64,000 nucleotides of DNA from an uncultured Oscillospiraceae bacterium (GCA_964437665.1 CAYTHS010000003.1:205-64204), one strand, 5' to 3'; counted from the first letter of the stretch, positions 1 to 11,591 are shown. Notes: generated by a model from the letters alone, not told the origin. Numbers and translations are program-made.

Positions 1-92
1 CTGCGCGGTTTGGCAGCCTTGCTGCATAATAAAGTCAAACCAGCCGCACACACAGCCGGGTTTGACGGAGTATCATACAAGCGTATTTTTAT

Positions 93-254
93 TAGGGTGT
101 GTTCCCAAAATCCGCAAAGCGCATTTTAGCCGTCTCAAGTTGCATATTCTTGTTGAAAAGCCTTGCCGCAGCACCACTGCGCCTGCGTTTTTCGCCTCAA
201 TCTGCAGGCCAATCCAGCAAAACCGCATCTTCCAGACTTTAGAAACACACCCTA
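93..254 (+). mobile_element. MITE copy 1 (162 bp, TIR TAGGGTGTGTT.. / ..AAACACACCCTA, TA at both flanks)
   Basis: Same 162-bp unit as 16598-16759, 39015-39176 (inverted) and 56494-56655. Its ends are reverse complements of each other. Confidence 0.85.
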
Positions 255-477
255 GACGAATGCGGAATGTTACCGATGCCGGACATGGCCGTTAAGCTGA
301 CCGCCTGCAACAGGCGGCTGCTTGGCACGCCCCACCTTTCACGCTCCCGGCGGAAGAAGCAAGACGTATCGTCCTGCTGGGAAAACAAGTTGATTGACGT
401 TTCCGGTCGCCCGAGAGGGCGGATTTTTTATGCTTTTTGTTTGAAAGTCCGCATACAGTTTAGCCGTCCGGAGACAG

Positions 478-1683
478 TTATGCTTTGAGCCTGCGGGCAA
501 GGTAGACGCCGAATTGCTCTACGGTTTCCTTTGCGCCGGCGGCGTTCTGCGCCATGCCCTGCGCGAGCGTTCCGCGTCCGCCGCCTTTCCCGCCGGTTGC
601 CGCGTTGAGTGCCGCAATCAGTTCGGAAACATCCAAACCGGCGTTTTCCGCCACGGAGACGACATAGTGGAGTCTGCCGCCGTTTTCGGAGAGAAGAACG
701 GCGAGCGGCAGGGACGCTGCGGCGCTCTGTGCGAGATCTTTCAGCCGCCCTGCGTCGATGCCGGAAAACAGGCGGAGCGCAAACCGCAGTTTACCTGCGG
801 ACACTGCGTTTTCAACGAGTTCGGCGGTGATATAGCCGTTCAGTTCCCGCGTTAGTTCGCGCTCGCGCTTTTTCAGCGCGCCGTAATCGTCGCCGAGCTT
901 CTTTACCGCGTCCGCCGCGTTCTCGCGCGCCGCGGAAAACCGACGGGCGATGCCGTCGAGCTGGTCGTGCTCGGCGCGCAGGAGCCCCAGCGCCCGTCCG
1001 CCGCAGAAAAACGTGATGCGCATCCCGCCCTTGTAGGATGCAGCGTCCCGTACGAAGATCAAACCGATTTCGCCCGTGTGCGCGCAGTGCGGCGCACAGC
1101 AGGTGCACATGTCCGCGTCATGAATGGACACGATGCGGATTGGCGCGTGCAGCCCCTCGGCGTGTTTTCGCAGAGGGAGGTCTTGTATTTCCTCCTCGGT
1201 TTCGTAAAACGCCGCCCGCACGGGCAGGTTTCTCCAGACAAACGTGTTGGCGAGGCGTTCGGCTTCCAGAACCTGTTCGTGGGAAAGAGGTTTGTCGAAG
1301 TCGATGGTGGCGTAGTCCGGCGCGAGGTGGAATCCGACGTTTGCGGCGGAAAAAAGCTTGTAAAACGCGAATGAAAGCAAGTGTTCGCCTGTGTGCTGCT
1401 GCATAAAGTCAAACCGGCGCACCCAGTCTAGTTTCACGGAGACCTCCTCCCCGGGAGTGAGCGCGCGGTCGGTCAGATGCCAGACTTCGCCGTCCTGCTC
1501 GCGGCAGTGCAACACGGCCGCTTCGCCGATCGTGCCCGTGTCGGACGGTTGTCCGCCGCCTTCGGGAAAAAGCACGGTGCGCTCAAGCAGCACCTCGTAG
1601 CCGCCTTTGACGGGGGTGCAGGCGCGCACGTGCGCCGTGGTTTCGGTTTGGTGGCTGTTTTGGTCGTATAGCTTTTCGGTCAT
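478..1683 (-). CDS. alaX: AlaX-L type alanyl-tRNA editing protein (AlaRS second-additional-domain plus DHHA1-like C-terminus)
   Basis: HTGEHLL and CCAPHCAHTGEIG zinc/editing motifs; 401-aa ORF. Confidence 0.8.
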   Translation of the reverse strand: MTEKLYDQNSHQTETTAHVRACTPVKGGYEVLLERTVLFPEGGGQPSDTGTIGEAAVLHCREQDGEVWHLTDRALTPGEEVSVKLDWVRRFDFMQQHTGEHLLSFAFYKLFSAANVGFHLAPDYATIDFDKPLSHEQVLEAERLANTFVWRNLPVRAAFYETEEEIQDLPLRKHAEGLHAPIRIVSIHDADMCTCCAPHCAHTGEIGLIFVRDAASYKGGMRITFFCGGRALGLLRAEHDQLDGIARRFSAARENAADAVKKLGDDYGALKKRERELTRELNGYITAELVENAVSAGKLRFALRLFSGIDAGRLKDLAQSAAASLPLAVLLSENGGRLHYVVSVAENAGLDVSELIAALNAATGGKGGGRGTLAQGMAQNAAGAKETVEQFGVYLARRLKA

Positions 1684-1720
1684 GGCGAATCTCCGTTTTC
1701 TATTGTCTGTGAAATTTGAA

Positions 1721-2659
1721 TCAGATGAACGCGAACTGCTTGAGCAGGAAAATGAAAAGGAACATGCTCGGCATGGAAAGCAGGCTCGTCACGGCGACTG
1801 CCGAACCGGCCAGTTCGTCGTCCGCGCCGACGCCCGCGGCCATAGTGTAGGTCGTCATCGCAACCGGCGCGCCGAACACGATCAGCGCCACGACGATCGG
1901 TTCCCCGCGAAAGCCCATCAAGAGGAACGCCGCCAGAGCGATTACCGGAACAAGAACGAGCCGCAGGAGGCTTACGGAGATCAGCGCAGCGCGGTTTCTG
2001 CGCAGTGCGGAAAACGTGATTGTCCCGCCTAGGGCGATGAATGCAAGCGGCGTGGTGAGCGAGGCGGCGCCGTCGAGCGGTTTTTGCAGGACGGCGGGAA
2101 GGTCTACATGCAGCAGGTTGCCCAGAAAGCCTGCGATGCAGCCGAGCAGTATTGGGTTTTTAAAGATGCGCAGAACAATCCTGCCGAGGGCGACTTTTCC
2201 GTCCCGGTAACGCTCGAGCACGACCACGGAAAGCAGGTTAAAGATCGGAATGGTCAGCGCGACGGCCAGCGCCATGAGCGTGAGACGGTCGCTGCCGAGC
2301 AGCGCGGCCGCGACGCTCAGGCCGAAGATTGCGCCGTTCGAGCGGAAGATGCTCATGACCAGTACGCCGCGACGGCGGTCGTCCCGGCAGAAGCGCGGCA
2401 CGATCAGGACCGCAAACGCGAACACCAGCAGGACGCCTGTGCCCAGGTAGAGCAAAAACGGTGTATCGACCATGCCGGCCAGATCGCTTTTTGCGATTTT
2501 TTCGTAGCAGAGCGCGGGCAGCGACACATAGAATACGATGCTGTTTGCGCCGCGGCAGATGCGCTCGTCGACGATCCCGCAGGCGCGCAGCAGCACGCCG
2601 ACGGCCATATAGATCAGCAGCGGCGTGACGACGCCGAACGAAAGCAGCAGGTTTTCCAT
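1721..2659 (-). CDS. AEC (auxin efflux carrier) family permease
   Basis: About 10 hydrophobic segments in a two-halves membrane architecture typical of the AEC family; 312 aa. Confidence 0.7.
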   Translation of the reverse strand: MENLLLSFGVVTPLLIYMAVGVLLRACGIVDERICRGANSIVFYVSLPALCYEKIAKSDLAGMVDTPFLLYLGTGVLLVFAFAVLIVPRFCRDDRRRGVLVMSIFRSNGAIFGLSVAAALLGSDRLTLMALAVALTIPIFNLLSVVVLERYRDGKVALGRIVLRIFKNPILLGCIAGFLGNLLHVDLPAVLQKPLDGAASLTTPLAFIALGGTITFSALRRNRAALISVSLLRLVLVPVIALAAFLLMGFRGEPIVVALIVFGAPVAMTTYTMAAGVGADDELAGSAVAVTSLLSMPSMFLFIFLLKQFAFI

Positions 2660-2785
2660 TTCAGACCCCGTTATTCATCTCTTGGCGCGCGGAAAAACGC
2701 TCCGCGGCATTGCGTGTATTATAACATAATTTTACGGCGGCGGGCGCGCATTTCGGCGTGCGCGGGAAATGCGGCGGCATACGGC

Positions 2786-2815
2786 TTGCAAAACGCACCG
2801 TTTCACAGCTATAAT
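2786..2815 (+). promoter_or_regulatory. candidate sigmaA promoter of the glg operon (TTGCAA-18-TATAAT)
   Basis: TTGCAA at 2786-2791 and TATAAT at 2810-2815, upstream of glgB. Confidence 0.4.
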
Positions 2816-2929
2816 GCGTATTGGTGGTAAAGACTGTGCGCGCCGGTCGGATTGAGAGAGATACCTGTTTCATTTGCGCGGCAAAAATGGTATCATCTAC
2901 TTGTAAGCGTATTACGCGGGGGTTGCACG

Positions 2930-4846
2930 ATGAGCAGATTTATGGATGAAACGGCACTCTACTATTTCAATAGGGGTGTTTCGACAGCCGCATATCGGGA
3001 GCTTGGCTGTCACGAGGAAGTCGGCGAATACGGCGAGCGCGTTTTCCGCTTTGCGGTCTGGGCGCCCAACGCGGAGTTCGTCAGCGTGGTTGGCGAGTTT
3101 AACTTCTGGAATGTGGAGGCCGACCGGATGGAGCGCGCCGGAACGACCGGCGTGTGGGAGCTTTGCGTCGGCGTCGCGCACGAGGGCGATCTTTACAAGT
3201 ACGCCATCGGTACGAATACGGGCGAAGTGATCATGAAAGCGGACCCGTTCGCGTTTCGCTCCGAAGCGCACGGCACCGCTTCCGTCGTGGGCGGCATGCC
3301 TATGTTCGAATGGACCGACGAGGCTTATCTGGAGAGCCGCGGCGGTTCGTTTTCTTCTTACGATCAGCCGATGAGCATCTATGAGGTGCATCTCGGAAGT
3401 TGGAAGCAGGGGCTCGACTACCACGAACTGGCGGACGAACTGATCGAGTACGTCGCGGACATGGGCTACACGCACATCGAATTCATGCCGCTGACAGCCT
3501 ATCCGTACGACCCGAGCTGGGGCTATCAGGTGACGGGGTACTATGCCGCCACCGCCCGTTACGGCGAGCCGGAAGACCTGATGTATCTCGTCGACCGGGC
3601 GCACGAAATGGGAATCGGCGTAATCATGGACTGGGTGCCGGCGCATTTTACGCGGGACGCGCACGGCTTGCGTCTCTTCGACGGCACGCCTCTATTCGAG
3701 CACCCCGACCCGCGCCGCAGCGAGATGCCGCAGTGGGGTACGCTGCTGTTCAACTTCGAGCAGACCCAGGTGCAGTCGTTCCTGCTTTCTAGCGCGATGT
3801 ACTGGCTGCGCGAATTCCACTTCGACGGGCTTCGGGTGGACGCGGTGAGCTGTATGCTCTACCTTGATTTCGGAAAAAAGGACGGCGCGTGGCTTCCCAA
3901 TCGCTACGGCGGGCACGACAATCTCGATGCGGTCGCGTTTTTCAGAAAACTCAACTCGGCGGTGCATAAGCTCCACGGCGGGAAGATGCTCTTTGCCGAG
4001 GAAAGTTCGGCGTATCCTTATGTGACAAAGCCGGTTTCCGAGGACGGGCTGGGCTTTGCCTATAAGTGGAACATGGGGTGGATGAACGATGTGCTCGCCT
4101 ATATGGAAATGGACAGCATCTACCGCAAATACCACCATGACAAGCTCACTTTTTCGCTTTGCTATGCGTTTTCAGAGCATTATATCCTGCCTTTTTCACA
4201 CGACGAGGTCGTGCACGGCAAAAAAAGCCTGCTATCGAAAATGCCCGGCGATTACTGGCAGCAGTTTGCGCAGCTTCGGCTCCTGTATGCCTACCAGTTT
4301 GCGCATCCGGGTAAAAAACTTATGTTCATGGGGGACGAGTTCGGCCAGTTTATCGAGTGGAAGTTTGACGACTCGCTCGACTGGTTTTTGCTCGACTACC
4401 CCAAACACGCCGAGATGCAGCTCTTTGTGCACGATTTGAATCATTTTTACACGCAGGCGCCGCCGATGTTCGAGTGCGACGACAGCTGGGAGGGGTTCCA
4501 GTGGTGCGGTGTGGATGACAACATTCATTCGCTCCTGTCGTTTATGCGGATCGATCGGGACGGCAACGCGCTGCTTTGGACGTTTAATTTTACACCGATG
4601 CCCTGGTTGGACTATATGGTCGGCGTGCCGCGTTACGGGCTGTACACGGAAGTGTTCTCGACAGACGCGCCGTATTACGGCGGCACGGGCGACTATCCCA
4701 ACGCGCCTACCATGGCGGAAGCGGAACCTTACGGCGAGCACCCTTGCAGAATCCGTCTGCGACTGCCGCCGTTTGGCGCGGTGTGCTATGAACTGACGCC
4801 GGAACCCCTGCCGGAACCGACTGAAGAAATGGAGGGCGATGCATGA
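2930..4846 (+). CDS. glgB: 1,4-alpha-glucan branching enzyme
   Basis: GH13 branching-enzyme sequence ([29 protein letters not shown]). Start moved to ATG 2930 (MSRFMDE), in frame with ORF 2852. Confidence 0.93.
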   Translation: MSRFMDETALYYFNRGVSTAAYRELGCHEEVGEYGERVFRFAVWAPNAEFVSVVGEFNFWNVEADRMERAGTTGVWELCVGVAHEGDLYKYAIGTNTGEVIMKADPFAFRSEAHGTASVVGGMPMFEWTDEAYLESRGGSFSSYDQPMSIYEVHLGSWKQGLDYHELADELIEYVADMGYTHIEFMPLTAYPYDPSWGYQVTGYYAATARYGEPEDLMYLVDRAHEMGIGVIMDWVPAHFTRDAHGLRLFDGTPLFEHPDPRRSEMPQWGTLLFNFEQTQVQSFLLSSAMYWLREFHFDGLRVDAVSCMLYLDFGKKDGAWLPNRYGGHDNLDAVAFFRKLNSAVHKLHGGKMLFAEESSAYPYVTKPVSEDGLGFAYKWNMGWMNDVLAYMEMDSIYRKYHHDKLTFSLCYAFSEHYILPFSHDEVVHGKKSLLSKMPGDYWQQFAQLRLLYAYQFAHPGKKLMFMGDEFGQFIEWKFDDSLDWFLLDYPKHAEMQLFVHDLNHFYTQAPPMFECDDSWEGFQWCGVDDNIHSLLSFMRIDRDGNALLWTFNFTPMPWLDYMVGVPRYGLYTEVFSTDAPYYGGTGDYPNAPTMAEAEPYGEHPCRIRLRLPPFGAVCYELTPEPLPEPTEEMEGDA

Positions 4847-6072
4847 AAAAAAGAATCGTTGCGATGCTGCTTGCCGGAGGGCAGGGAAGCCGTCTCGGCG
4901 TGCTTACCTCCAGCATGGCCAAGCCCGCCGTGCCGTTCGGGGGTAAATACCGCATTATTGATTTTCCTCTGAGCAACTGCGTTAATTCGGATATCGATAC
5001 CGTCGGCGTTTTGACACAGTATCGTCCGCTCGCGCTCAACAGCTACATCGGCACAGGCCAGCACTGGGACCTCGACCGGATTCACGGCGGGGTATTCGTG
5101 CTCCCGCCCTATGTTACGGCGGTTGATAACCGCTGGTACACGGGCACGGCCAACGCCATCTTTCAAAACCGCGAATTCGTGGACCAGTACGACCCGGATT
5201 ATGTGCTCATCCTTTCGGGCGACCACATCTATAAAATGGATTACGGCGAAATGCTGCGCTTCCATATCGAAAAGCAAGCGGCCGTTTCCATCGCCGTTCT
5301 GCCGGTGCCGCTCGAGGAGGCGAACCGCTTCGGCATCATGAATACCGACGAAGAGGACCGCATCGTTTCATTTGAGGAAAAACCCAAACAGCCCAAATCC
5401 AACAAGGCTTCCATGGGTATCTATATATTCAACTGGCCGGTGCTCAAAGAGTATATGAAACGCGACGATCACAACCCGGACTCGGGCAACGACTTCGGGC
5501 ATGACATCATCCCGGCCTGCATTGCGGGCGATCAGCCTGTATACGCCTATCCTTTCAGCGGATACTGGAAGGACGTCGGTACCATTCAAAGCCTTTGGGA
5601 AGCGAATATGGACATCATCTCCACGCCTCCCAAGCTCATACTCAACGATCCGCTCTGGAGGATTTACAGCCGCAACCCCATCATGCCGCCGCACGTCGTC
5701 GGGCAGGACGCTTCCATTACGCAGAGCCTTGTGACCGAGGGTTCGCGCGTGGAGGGCAAGGTGCACCACAGCGTACTGTTTTATAATGTGACCGTCGAAG
5801 AGGAGGCGGAGGTTTACGATTCCGTCATCTTCCCCGGCGCTGTGATCGAACGCGGCGCAAAGGTCTATCAGGCCATCGTGGGAGAAAACGCGCGTATCGG
5901 CGAGAACGCGACCGTCGGCGGACCGCTGCGGCACGGCGACCATGTGGACAACGCGCTTACCGGCAGCATCACGCTCGTCGGCAACGATTTCTGCGTATAC
6001 GCGGGCGCGTACCTGCCGCAGGGAACGGTGGCCACCGAGGACGAAAACGGAGGAAGATGCTATGACAAGTAA
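4843..6072 (+). CDS. glgC: glucose-1-phosphate adenylyltransferase catalytic subunit
   Basis: [10 protein letters not shown]-terminal motif followed by a left-handed beta-helix C-terminus. ATGA overlap with the glgB stop. Confidence 0.93.
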   Translation: MKKRIVAMLLAGGQGSRLGVLTSSMAKPAVPFGGKYRIIDFPLSNCVNSDIDTVGVLTQYRPLALNSYIGTGQHWDLDRIHGGVFVLPPYVTAVDNRWYTGTANAIFQNREFVDQYDPDYVLILSGDHIYKMDYGEMLRFHIEKQAAVSIAVLPVPLEEANRFGIMNTDEEDRIVSFEEKPKQPKSNKASMGIYIFNWPVLKEYMKRDDHNPDSGNDFGHDIIPACIAGDQPVYAYPFSGYWKDVGTIQSLWEANMDIISTPPKLILNDPLWRIYSRNPIMPPHVVGQDASITQSLVTEGSRVEGKVHHSVLFYNVTVEEEAEVYDSVIFPGAVIERGAKVYQAIVGENARIGENATVGGPLRHGDHVDNALTGSITLVGNDFCVYAGAYLPQGTVATEDENGGRCYDK

Positions 6073-7186
6073 CGCGTTCGGACTCATCTACACCGGCGAA
6101 AACAACCCGCTGCTGCGCGATCTAGCGCTTTCGCGTTCGGTTGCGGCGGTGCCGTTCGGCGGGCGTTACCGCTGCATCGATTTCATCCTTTCGGACATGG
6201 TGAACAGCGGCGTGACCAGCGTTGGGCTGATCGCGCAGAAAAACTATCATTCGCTCATGGACCATCTCGGTGCGGGCAAGGAATGGGACCTGCACAGGAA
6301 GCGCGAGGGCCTTTTCGTGCTGCCTCCGTTCGTGACGAAGGAAAACACGGGGTTATACCGCGGCAGTATCGACGCGATTCGTTCCTGCCTCGGCTATGTG
6401 CGCCGCTGTCCCCAGCAATACGTCATCCTTACCGGCAGCCACACGATTTTCAACATGACGTTTGACGAGATGATCCAGCGCCATATCCAAACCCGCGCGA
6501 ACATCACGATGCTTTACAACGAGACCGAAACGAGCGCGCCGGAAGAGCAGAACCTGGACCTGCGGCTCATACTCGGCGGCGACGGCCGCGTGACCGAGAT
6601 GGAACTCAACCCCTTCACGCCGCGCTCGACGCACCAAAGCTGCGACGTAATGGTGCTCGACAAGCTTTTGCTTGAATACCTCGTCGAGGAAGCGTATTCT
6701 CACGGAGATTACGATTTCACGAGGGATATCCTGCTCAAAAAATGCGGCACGCTCAAGATCATGGGGTACCGTTACGACGGGTACGTCGCCCGGCTGGATT
6801 CCGTCAACGACTTTTTCAGACATAACCTTGCACTCCTCCAGCCGGAGGTGCGCGCCGACCTGTTTAACCCGGCGCACCCGATCTATACGAAAGTCAAGGA
6901 CGAGGTGAGCGCGCGTTACGGTGAAAACGCGAAGGTGAAAAACGCAATGCTTGCCGACGGCTGCGCGATCGAGGGCACCGTCGAAAACAGCATTCTCTTT
7001 CGCGGGGTTGCCGTCAAGAAAGGCGCGGTCGTCAAAAACAGTATTCTTATGCAGGCCGTGACCATCGGCGAAAACTGCCTGATGGACCACGTCATCCTGG
7101 ACAAAGGCGTGACCGTTCGCGACAACCGGACGCTCACTGGCTACGACGGGTTCCCGATCATCCTCAAAAAGGGAACGACGATCTGA
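6062..7186 (+). CDS. glgD: glucose-1-phosphate adenylyltransferase regulatory subunit GlgD
   Basis: GlgC paralogue lacking the GGxGxRL motif ([21 protein letters not shown]). Start is the in-frame ATG 6062; the ORF-track extension overlaps glgC. Confidence 0.88.
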   Translation: MTSNAFGLIYTGENNPLLRDLALSRSVAAVPFGGRYRCIDFILSDMVNSGVTSVGLIAQKNYHSLMDHLGAGKEWDLHRKREGLFVLPPFVTKENTGLYRGSIDAIRSCLGYVRRCPQQYVILTGSHTIFNMTFDEMIQRHIQTRANITMLYNETETSAPEEQNLDLRLILGGDGRVTEMELNPFTPRSTHQSCDVMVLDKLLLEYLVEEAYSHGDYDFTRDILLKKCGTLKIMGYRYDGYVARLDSVNDFFRHNLALLQPEVRADLFNPAHPIYTKVKDEVSARYGENAKVKNAMLADGCAIEGTVENSILFRGVAVKKGAVVKNSILMQAVTIGENCLMDHVILDKGVTVRDNRTLTGYDGFPIILKKGTTI

Positions 7187-7232
7187 TAAAAACGGACCGA
7201 ACGATTACTGCGAAAAAGGAGGCGCGTATCTT

Positions 7233-8879
7233 ATGAAAGTGTTGTTTTGCGCAAGCGAGTGCGTACCGTTTGTCAAAACGGGAGGGCTTGCGGACGTTAT
7301 CGGCGCGCTTCCGATTGCGCTGAAGCAAAACGGGACGGACGCGCGTGTGATCCTGCCGAAATACGGCCTGATCGACGAGTACTGGAAAAGCCGCATGCAG
7401 CACGTCTGCCATTTCGAGGTGCTCTTCGGATGGGAGAGGGTGTACTGCGGCGTGGAGAGCGTCACGGACAACGGCGTCACTTATTATTTCATCGACAACG
7501 AGTCGTTCTTTCAGGTGACCGACATCTACAGGGACGGGCTGAACGAGGGACTGCGCTTTTCGTTTTTCTGCCGCGCGGTGCTCGAAGCGCTCCCGCAGAT
7601 CGGCTTTTTCCCGGACGTGCTGCACCTCAACGACTGGCAGAGCGGCATGATCGCCGCGCTGCTGAAAACCCAATATGCCGGCGCTTCGGAATATGCGCAT
7701 GTCCGTACGGTGTTTTCCATCCACAACCTTAAGTACCAGGGCCTCTTTGACTGGAATGAGATCGCCGGCCGGCTGGGCCTGGACGAGCGGTATTTCACAT
7801 CGGAATATCTCGAATTTTACGGCTGCCTGAGCATGATGAAGGGCGGGCTGGTGTTTGCCGACCGCATTTCCACCGTAAGCCCGACGTACGCAAACGAAAT
7901 TAAAACGCCGTATTACGGCGAGAATCTCGACGGGCTTCTGCGCGCACGGGAAAATACGCTTTCCGGTATCCTCAACGGCGTCGACTACACAATATTTGAC
8001 CCTGAGACCGACCGGTTCCTGCCGTACCATTACGATGCGGGGCACCTTGAGGGTAAGCATAAAAGCAAACTTGCGCTGCAGGAGGAATGCGGCCTGGCGC
8101 AGCGTGACGTACCGCTCGTCGGCATGATCGCGCGCCTTTCCCCGCAGAAGGGACTGGACTTGATCGAACGTGTGCTCGGCGACGTCATGCGTGCCGACCT
8201 GCAGATCGTCTTTCTCGGCAAAGGCGACCAGCGGTATGTCGATCTGCTCAACTGGGCGAACTGGCGCTACCCGAAGCGCGTACACGCGCGCATCGAGCTG
8301 GACGAAGGACTGGCGCACCGTATCTATGCGGGCTCCGACATGTTTTTAATGCCTTCCCAGTTTGAACCCTGCGGGCTTTCGCAGATGATCGCGCTCCGCT
8401 ACGGCTCGGTGCCGATCGTCCGCGAGACGGGCGGCCTCAAGGATACGATCGTGCCGTACAACATGTATACGGACGAAGGCAACGGATTTTCATTTGCCAA
8501 CTACAACGCACACGAGATGCTTTTCACCATCGAGCGCGCCGTGCACTACTGGTATGAAGATAAACCGATGTGGAAGCGCATGATGCTGCGCGGTATGGCG
8601 GACGATTTCAGTTGGGGGAATCCGGCCAGGGAATACCTCGCGCTCTATCGTTCCCTCGTTCCGCCGGAACAGGCAGATGGAGAGAAGCGCCCGCCCTGCG
8701 TTAGGTCTGCCGGCGCGAGACCGCAGGTTGTCCCGAAAGCGCCCGAGGAAGCGGAACCGTCCGCAGTTTCGAAAGACCCTGACAAAGCGCGGCCGCCGGT
8801 TTCGTCGGATGGCGCCGGCGAACCAAAGCCGTCCGATGCGCCTGTTCCGTCCCCGGCGGACACGCCGCAGCAACGGTAG
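7233..8879 (+). CDS. glgA: glycogen synthase (GT5) with a roughly 70-aa Pro/Ala/Asp-rich C-terminal tail
   Basis: KTGGLADV motif and EPCGLSQM motif. The ORF runs about 70 codons past the usual GlgA end. Confidence 0.92.
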   Translation: MKVLFCASECVPFVKTGGLADVIGALPIALKQNGTDARVILPKYGLIDEYWKSRMQHVCHFEVLFGWERVYCGVESVTDNGVTYYFIDNESFFQVTDIYRDGLNEGLRFSFFCRAVLEALPQIGFFPDVLHLNDWQSGMIAALLKTQYAGASEYAHVRTVFSIHNLKYQGLFDWNEIAGRLGLDERYFTSEYLEFYGCLSMMKGGLVFADRISTVSPTYANEIKTPYYGENLDGLLRARENTLSGILNGVDYTIFDPETDRFLPYHYDAGHLEGKHKSKLALQEECGLAQRDVPLVGMIARLSPQKGLDLIERVLGDVMRADLQIVFLGKGDQRYVDLLNWANWRYPKRVHARIELDEGLAHRIYAGSDMFLMPSQFEPCGLSQMIALRYGSVPIVRETGGLKDTIVPYNMYTDEGNGFSFANYNAHEMLFTIERAVHYWYEDKPMWKRMMLRGMADDFSWGNPAREYLALYRSLVPPEQADGEKRPPCVRSAGARPQVVPKAPEEAEPSAVSKDPDKARPPVSSDGAGEPKPSDAPVPSPADTPQQR

Positions 8880-8910
8880 CCCAGCAGCGCAACACCCTAG
8901 GGATAGCATC

Positions 8911-8937
8911 AAAGCCCGGCCATTCGGCCGGGCTTTA
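8911..8937 (+). terminator. intrinsic terminator after glgA
   Basis: AAAGCCCGGCC-ATTC-GGCCGGGCTTT hairpin. Confidence 0.65.
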
Positions 8938-9021
8938 GACAGCACTGTTTTAGTGTGAAGAGTGCGGTTGCAGCAATCCGGCAGTTGGACTGCGATGAAG
9001 AGCCATTCGGCTTGACGCTCC

Positions 9022-9060
9022 TAAAAAGTAAACGGCGGTCAGGCGAGGCTGGCCGCCGTA
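9022..9060 (-). terminator. intrinsic terminator after the DUF975 gene
   Basis: On the minus strand, AACGGCGGCC..loop..GACCGCCGTT followed by TACTTTTT. Confidence 0.6.
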
Positions 9061-9100
9061 ACACCCTGTTTGGAAAACTTGCTTGAGAAAAACGATCCGC

Positions 9101-9931
9101 TCAGACCCATTCGGTATGGATCGTTTCGTCTTCAGGCTTCGGCGGCTCGCCGGAAGGCGGCGGCGTGGCTGAATTGCCGTCCGAAGGCCGCGCCGCAGCG
9201 TCCATCAGCGGGAGCCTTCCGGTCAGCTCCATATAGAACGCGGTTACCGCAGCCTTGGGATATGGCGCGAGGAACAGCCAGCCCACTCCGGCAGTAAGCG
9301 CCGCGAGCAGATACCAGCCGATGAAGCTCAATTGCAGGCAAAAGAGCCGGCCTTTGTTGCCGCACATCATTTTTTTTGAAAGCTCGATCGCATCCATGGC
9401 GGTCATATCCGGGTGTTCGGCGAGCAGGTACGGCGCCATTGCGTAGCGGTATGCCGCGATGATGCCCGGAATGATGAACAGAAGCGTCCATGCGAGGATT
9501 TTTAAAAACATCAGTATACGCAGCCCCAGTGCGCGCCCGAAGATGGAAAACCGCGAAAACAGCAGTTCAAACTTCGGCCGCTCGTGCGAGGTATAGAGCG
9601 AAATATTGAAAAGGTTAAAACCGAGTTCCACCGCGCTGCCGACGAGGAAGAAGACGATGTGGATTGTAAAAACGGACGCGGCAAGCGCCGAAGCAAGACC
9701 GACGCCCCAGTGCAGGATGCTCGTGTTGGCAAATACCAGCTTTACGTTTTGGAACCACTCGCCGAAATGCGAAAGGTCCACGTCCGAAAACCGGAAATTA
9801 AACGAAGGCGACGAACCTGAGGCATATCCGCCCAGAATGCCCGCCACAAGCGCGGCGAGCACCGCCCACCAGTATCGTCCGGTCAGGGTTTTCCATGCGG
9901 TGTCGCGAAACTCCTTAGCCGTTCTTTTCAT
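9101..9931 (-). CDS. DUF975 family membrane protein
   Basis: N-terminus MKRTAKEFRDTAWKTLTGRYWWAVL plus multi-TM body, as in DUF975. Pro-rich C-terminus. Confidence 0.7.
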   Translation of the reverse strand: MKRTAKEFRDTAWKTLTGRYWWAVLAALVAGILGGYASGSSPSFNFRFSDVDLSHFGEWFQNVKLVFANTSILHWGVGLASALAASVFTIHIVFFLVGSAVELGFNLFNISLYTSHERPKFELLFSRFSIFGRALGLRILMFLKILAWTLLFIIPGIIAAYRYAMAPYLLAEHPDMTAMDAIELSKKMMCGNKGRLFCLQLSFIGWYLLAALTAGVGWLFLAPYPKAAVTAFYMELTGRLPLMDAAARPSDGNSATPPPSGEPPKPEDETIHTEWV

Positions 9932-9959
9932 CGTAAATCCTCCAAGCTTTATGAATCGT

Positions 9960-10856
9960 TCAGTCTTCCACCGTGACCCAGTATTTATCGATCAGCCTGA
10001 TCGGCCGATAAGACATCTTGGAATAGCGCAGCCGTTCCTCGCCGGAATCGTCCTCGCGGTTGATATAGAGCGTGTCGGTTTGCGCGGCATATTCGGCGAA
10101 CATGGAGACGATGGCCTGGTACGAACCTTTGTAGTCTACGCGCGCTTTTTCCACATGCACGTAGAGCGTGTCTTTCACGACTTCGCCGATGGACAGCGCG
10201 ACGATCGTGCCTTCAACGTCGATATAACCGGCCTTCTGTTCCAGCTTCAAAGCGTCCGCGAGCAGCTCTCGTGCACGCAGCATTTCTTCGGCTTCGATGA
10301 TTTTGTCGATGGGCGCATATTTCTCGTATTCATCGAAAAAGGCGAGCGCCGCGGGCAGCGTTTCCTCCGTAATCGGGACGAACCGCGCAGTCGGGTTGTC
10401 CTTAAAAAAGCGGTTAAGGTGGTTGCGCTGGGTGTGGTAACGCTTGCCGGGGAAGCGGATCAAATCGTCCTTGTTATATAAGTAGTCCGCCCAGTTGCGG
10501 TGCGTGGATACAACGGCGCGTTCGCCGTAACGTTCCGTAAGCAGGGCAAGGCCCTCGTCGGGCACCGCGCAGTAGGTCAGCGGCATTCCTGTTTCGTGCG
10601 CGTACGTTTCGATCGCGCCAAGCGCGCCCTGCACGTCCCCGTCGCCTACGGGGAAAACAAAGCAGTCTACTTTTTCGTTCGGGTAGGTTGCCATCATAAC
10701 GAGCATACCGTCCGCGAACGCGAAAGCGGAGCGGAAATACGCTCTCCATTGGAACACTGCGCCAAGCGTGTAATCGCAGGAGCGGAAGGATTGTGTGTTC
10801 AGAAACGGACGCAGAGAAGCGGCGTTCTGAATCGTTACCGGTTTAAAAGATATCAT
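9960..10856 (-). CDS. DUF2156 (lysyl-phosphatidylglycerol-synthase C-terminal-like, GNAT-fold) protein
   Basis: MISFKPVTIQNAASLRPFL..CDYTLGAVFQWRAYF is the characteristic N-terminus. Start taken at ATG 10856. Confidence 0.65.
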   Translation of the reverse strand: MISFKPVTIQNAASLRPFLNTQSFRSCDYTLGAVFQWRAYFRSAFAFADGMLVMMATYPNEKVDCFVFPVGDGDVQGALGAIETYAHETGMPLTYCAVPDEGLALLTERYGERAVVSTHRNWADYLYNKDDLIRFPGKRYHTQRNHLNRFFKDNPTARFVPITEETLPAALAFFDEYEKYAPIDKIIEAEEMLRARELLADALKLEQKAGYIDVEGTIVALSIGEVVKDTLYVHVEKARVDYKGSYQAIVSMFAEYAAQTDTLYINREDDSGEERLRYSKMSYRPIRLIDKYWVTVED

Positions 10857-11156
10857 AACTTCCCTGGCTTTTTTCCGCACGGGACTTGCCTTTCCTTCCC
10901 CGCGGACAATAATACTCTAATCTATAATACCACGCGTGCATGTGGCAGGCAATCGCCGTATTGTACGCGCAGTGCGGGCGGGATGACGAAAAAAAGCAAA
11001 AATACCTTGTAAATCGACAAAAAACGCAAATAATCGCAGTTATCTGTCAGATTAAGTACGAAATCGTACATTCTGCATGATCACAAAGCAATGGGTTAAG
11101 CGTTATAATATACGTACAAACGTTCGCATGACGCGAACGACAGGAGGGGATATCAA

Positions 11157-11591
11157 ATGAGCCTTATGACACTGCCGCAGATGCGTACGCAGGCTAAGAA
11201 GCAATTGCTTGCTTACCGCAGGAACAACGCGCGTGCTTACCGGAACCCGTCGCGACGCGCCCAGAGCGAATGTGACGACGGATGGGTGCACGCCATCGAA
11301 GCGGCACGCGCATATTTTCGCAGTACGAACCCGCTTAAGGAGCGGTTTATGTGCCGGCTGTTCGGGCTGGAAACGCCTGTGCCGCGGCGGCAGCCGACGC
11401 GCGAGCGGATGATTAAGCTTTCCATCGAGCTCTGTGTTTCGGAGAGCACTCTGTATAAATGGCGCGAGGACGTCTTCGAGATCGTGCTTTATGCGGCAGT
11501 CGAGGGCGGCCTGCTGCGTCCGTTTGGGTTGGACGGCGGGCAGACGGAAAGAAAAGGTGAAGAAATTGAGACGAAACACAGCGGTGATTGA
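11157..11591 (+). CDS. small ArpU/RinA-like helix-turn-helix transcriptional regulator (hypothetical)
   Basis: 144 aa. C-terminal HTH-like segment ERMIKLSIELCVSESTLYKWRE; GGAGG RBS at 11143-11149. Confidence 0.45.
   Translation: MSLMTLPQMRTQAKKQLLAYRRNNARAYRNPSRRAQSECDDGWVHAIEAARAYFRSTNPLKERFMCRLFGLETPVPRRQPTRERMIKLSIELCVSESTLYKWREDVFEIVLYAAVEGGLLRPFGLDGGQTERKGEEIETKHSGD

Noticed and set aside
8890-8903. AACACCCTAGGG after glgA resembles a MITE right terminus (possible solo TIR or excision footprint)
   Set aside because: Only about 9-10 nt match. A match of that length is expected by chance in 128 kb of two-strand sequence, and no adjoining element sequence is present.
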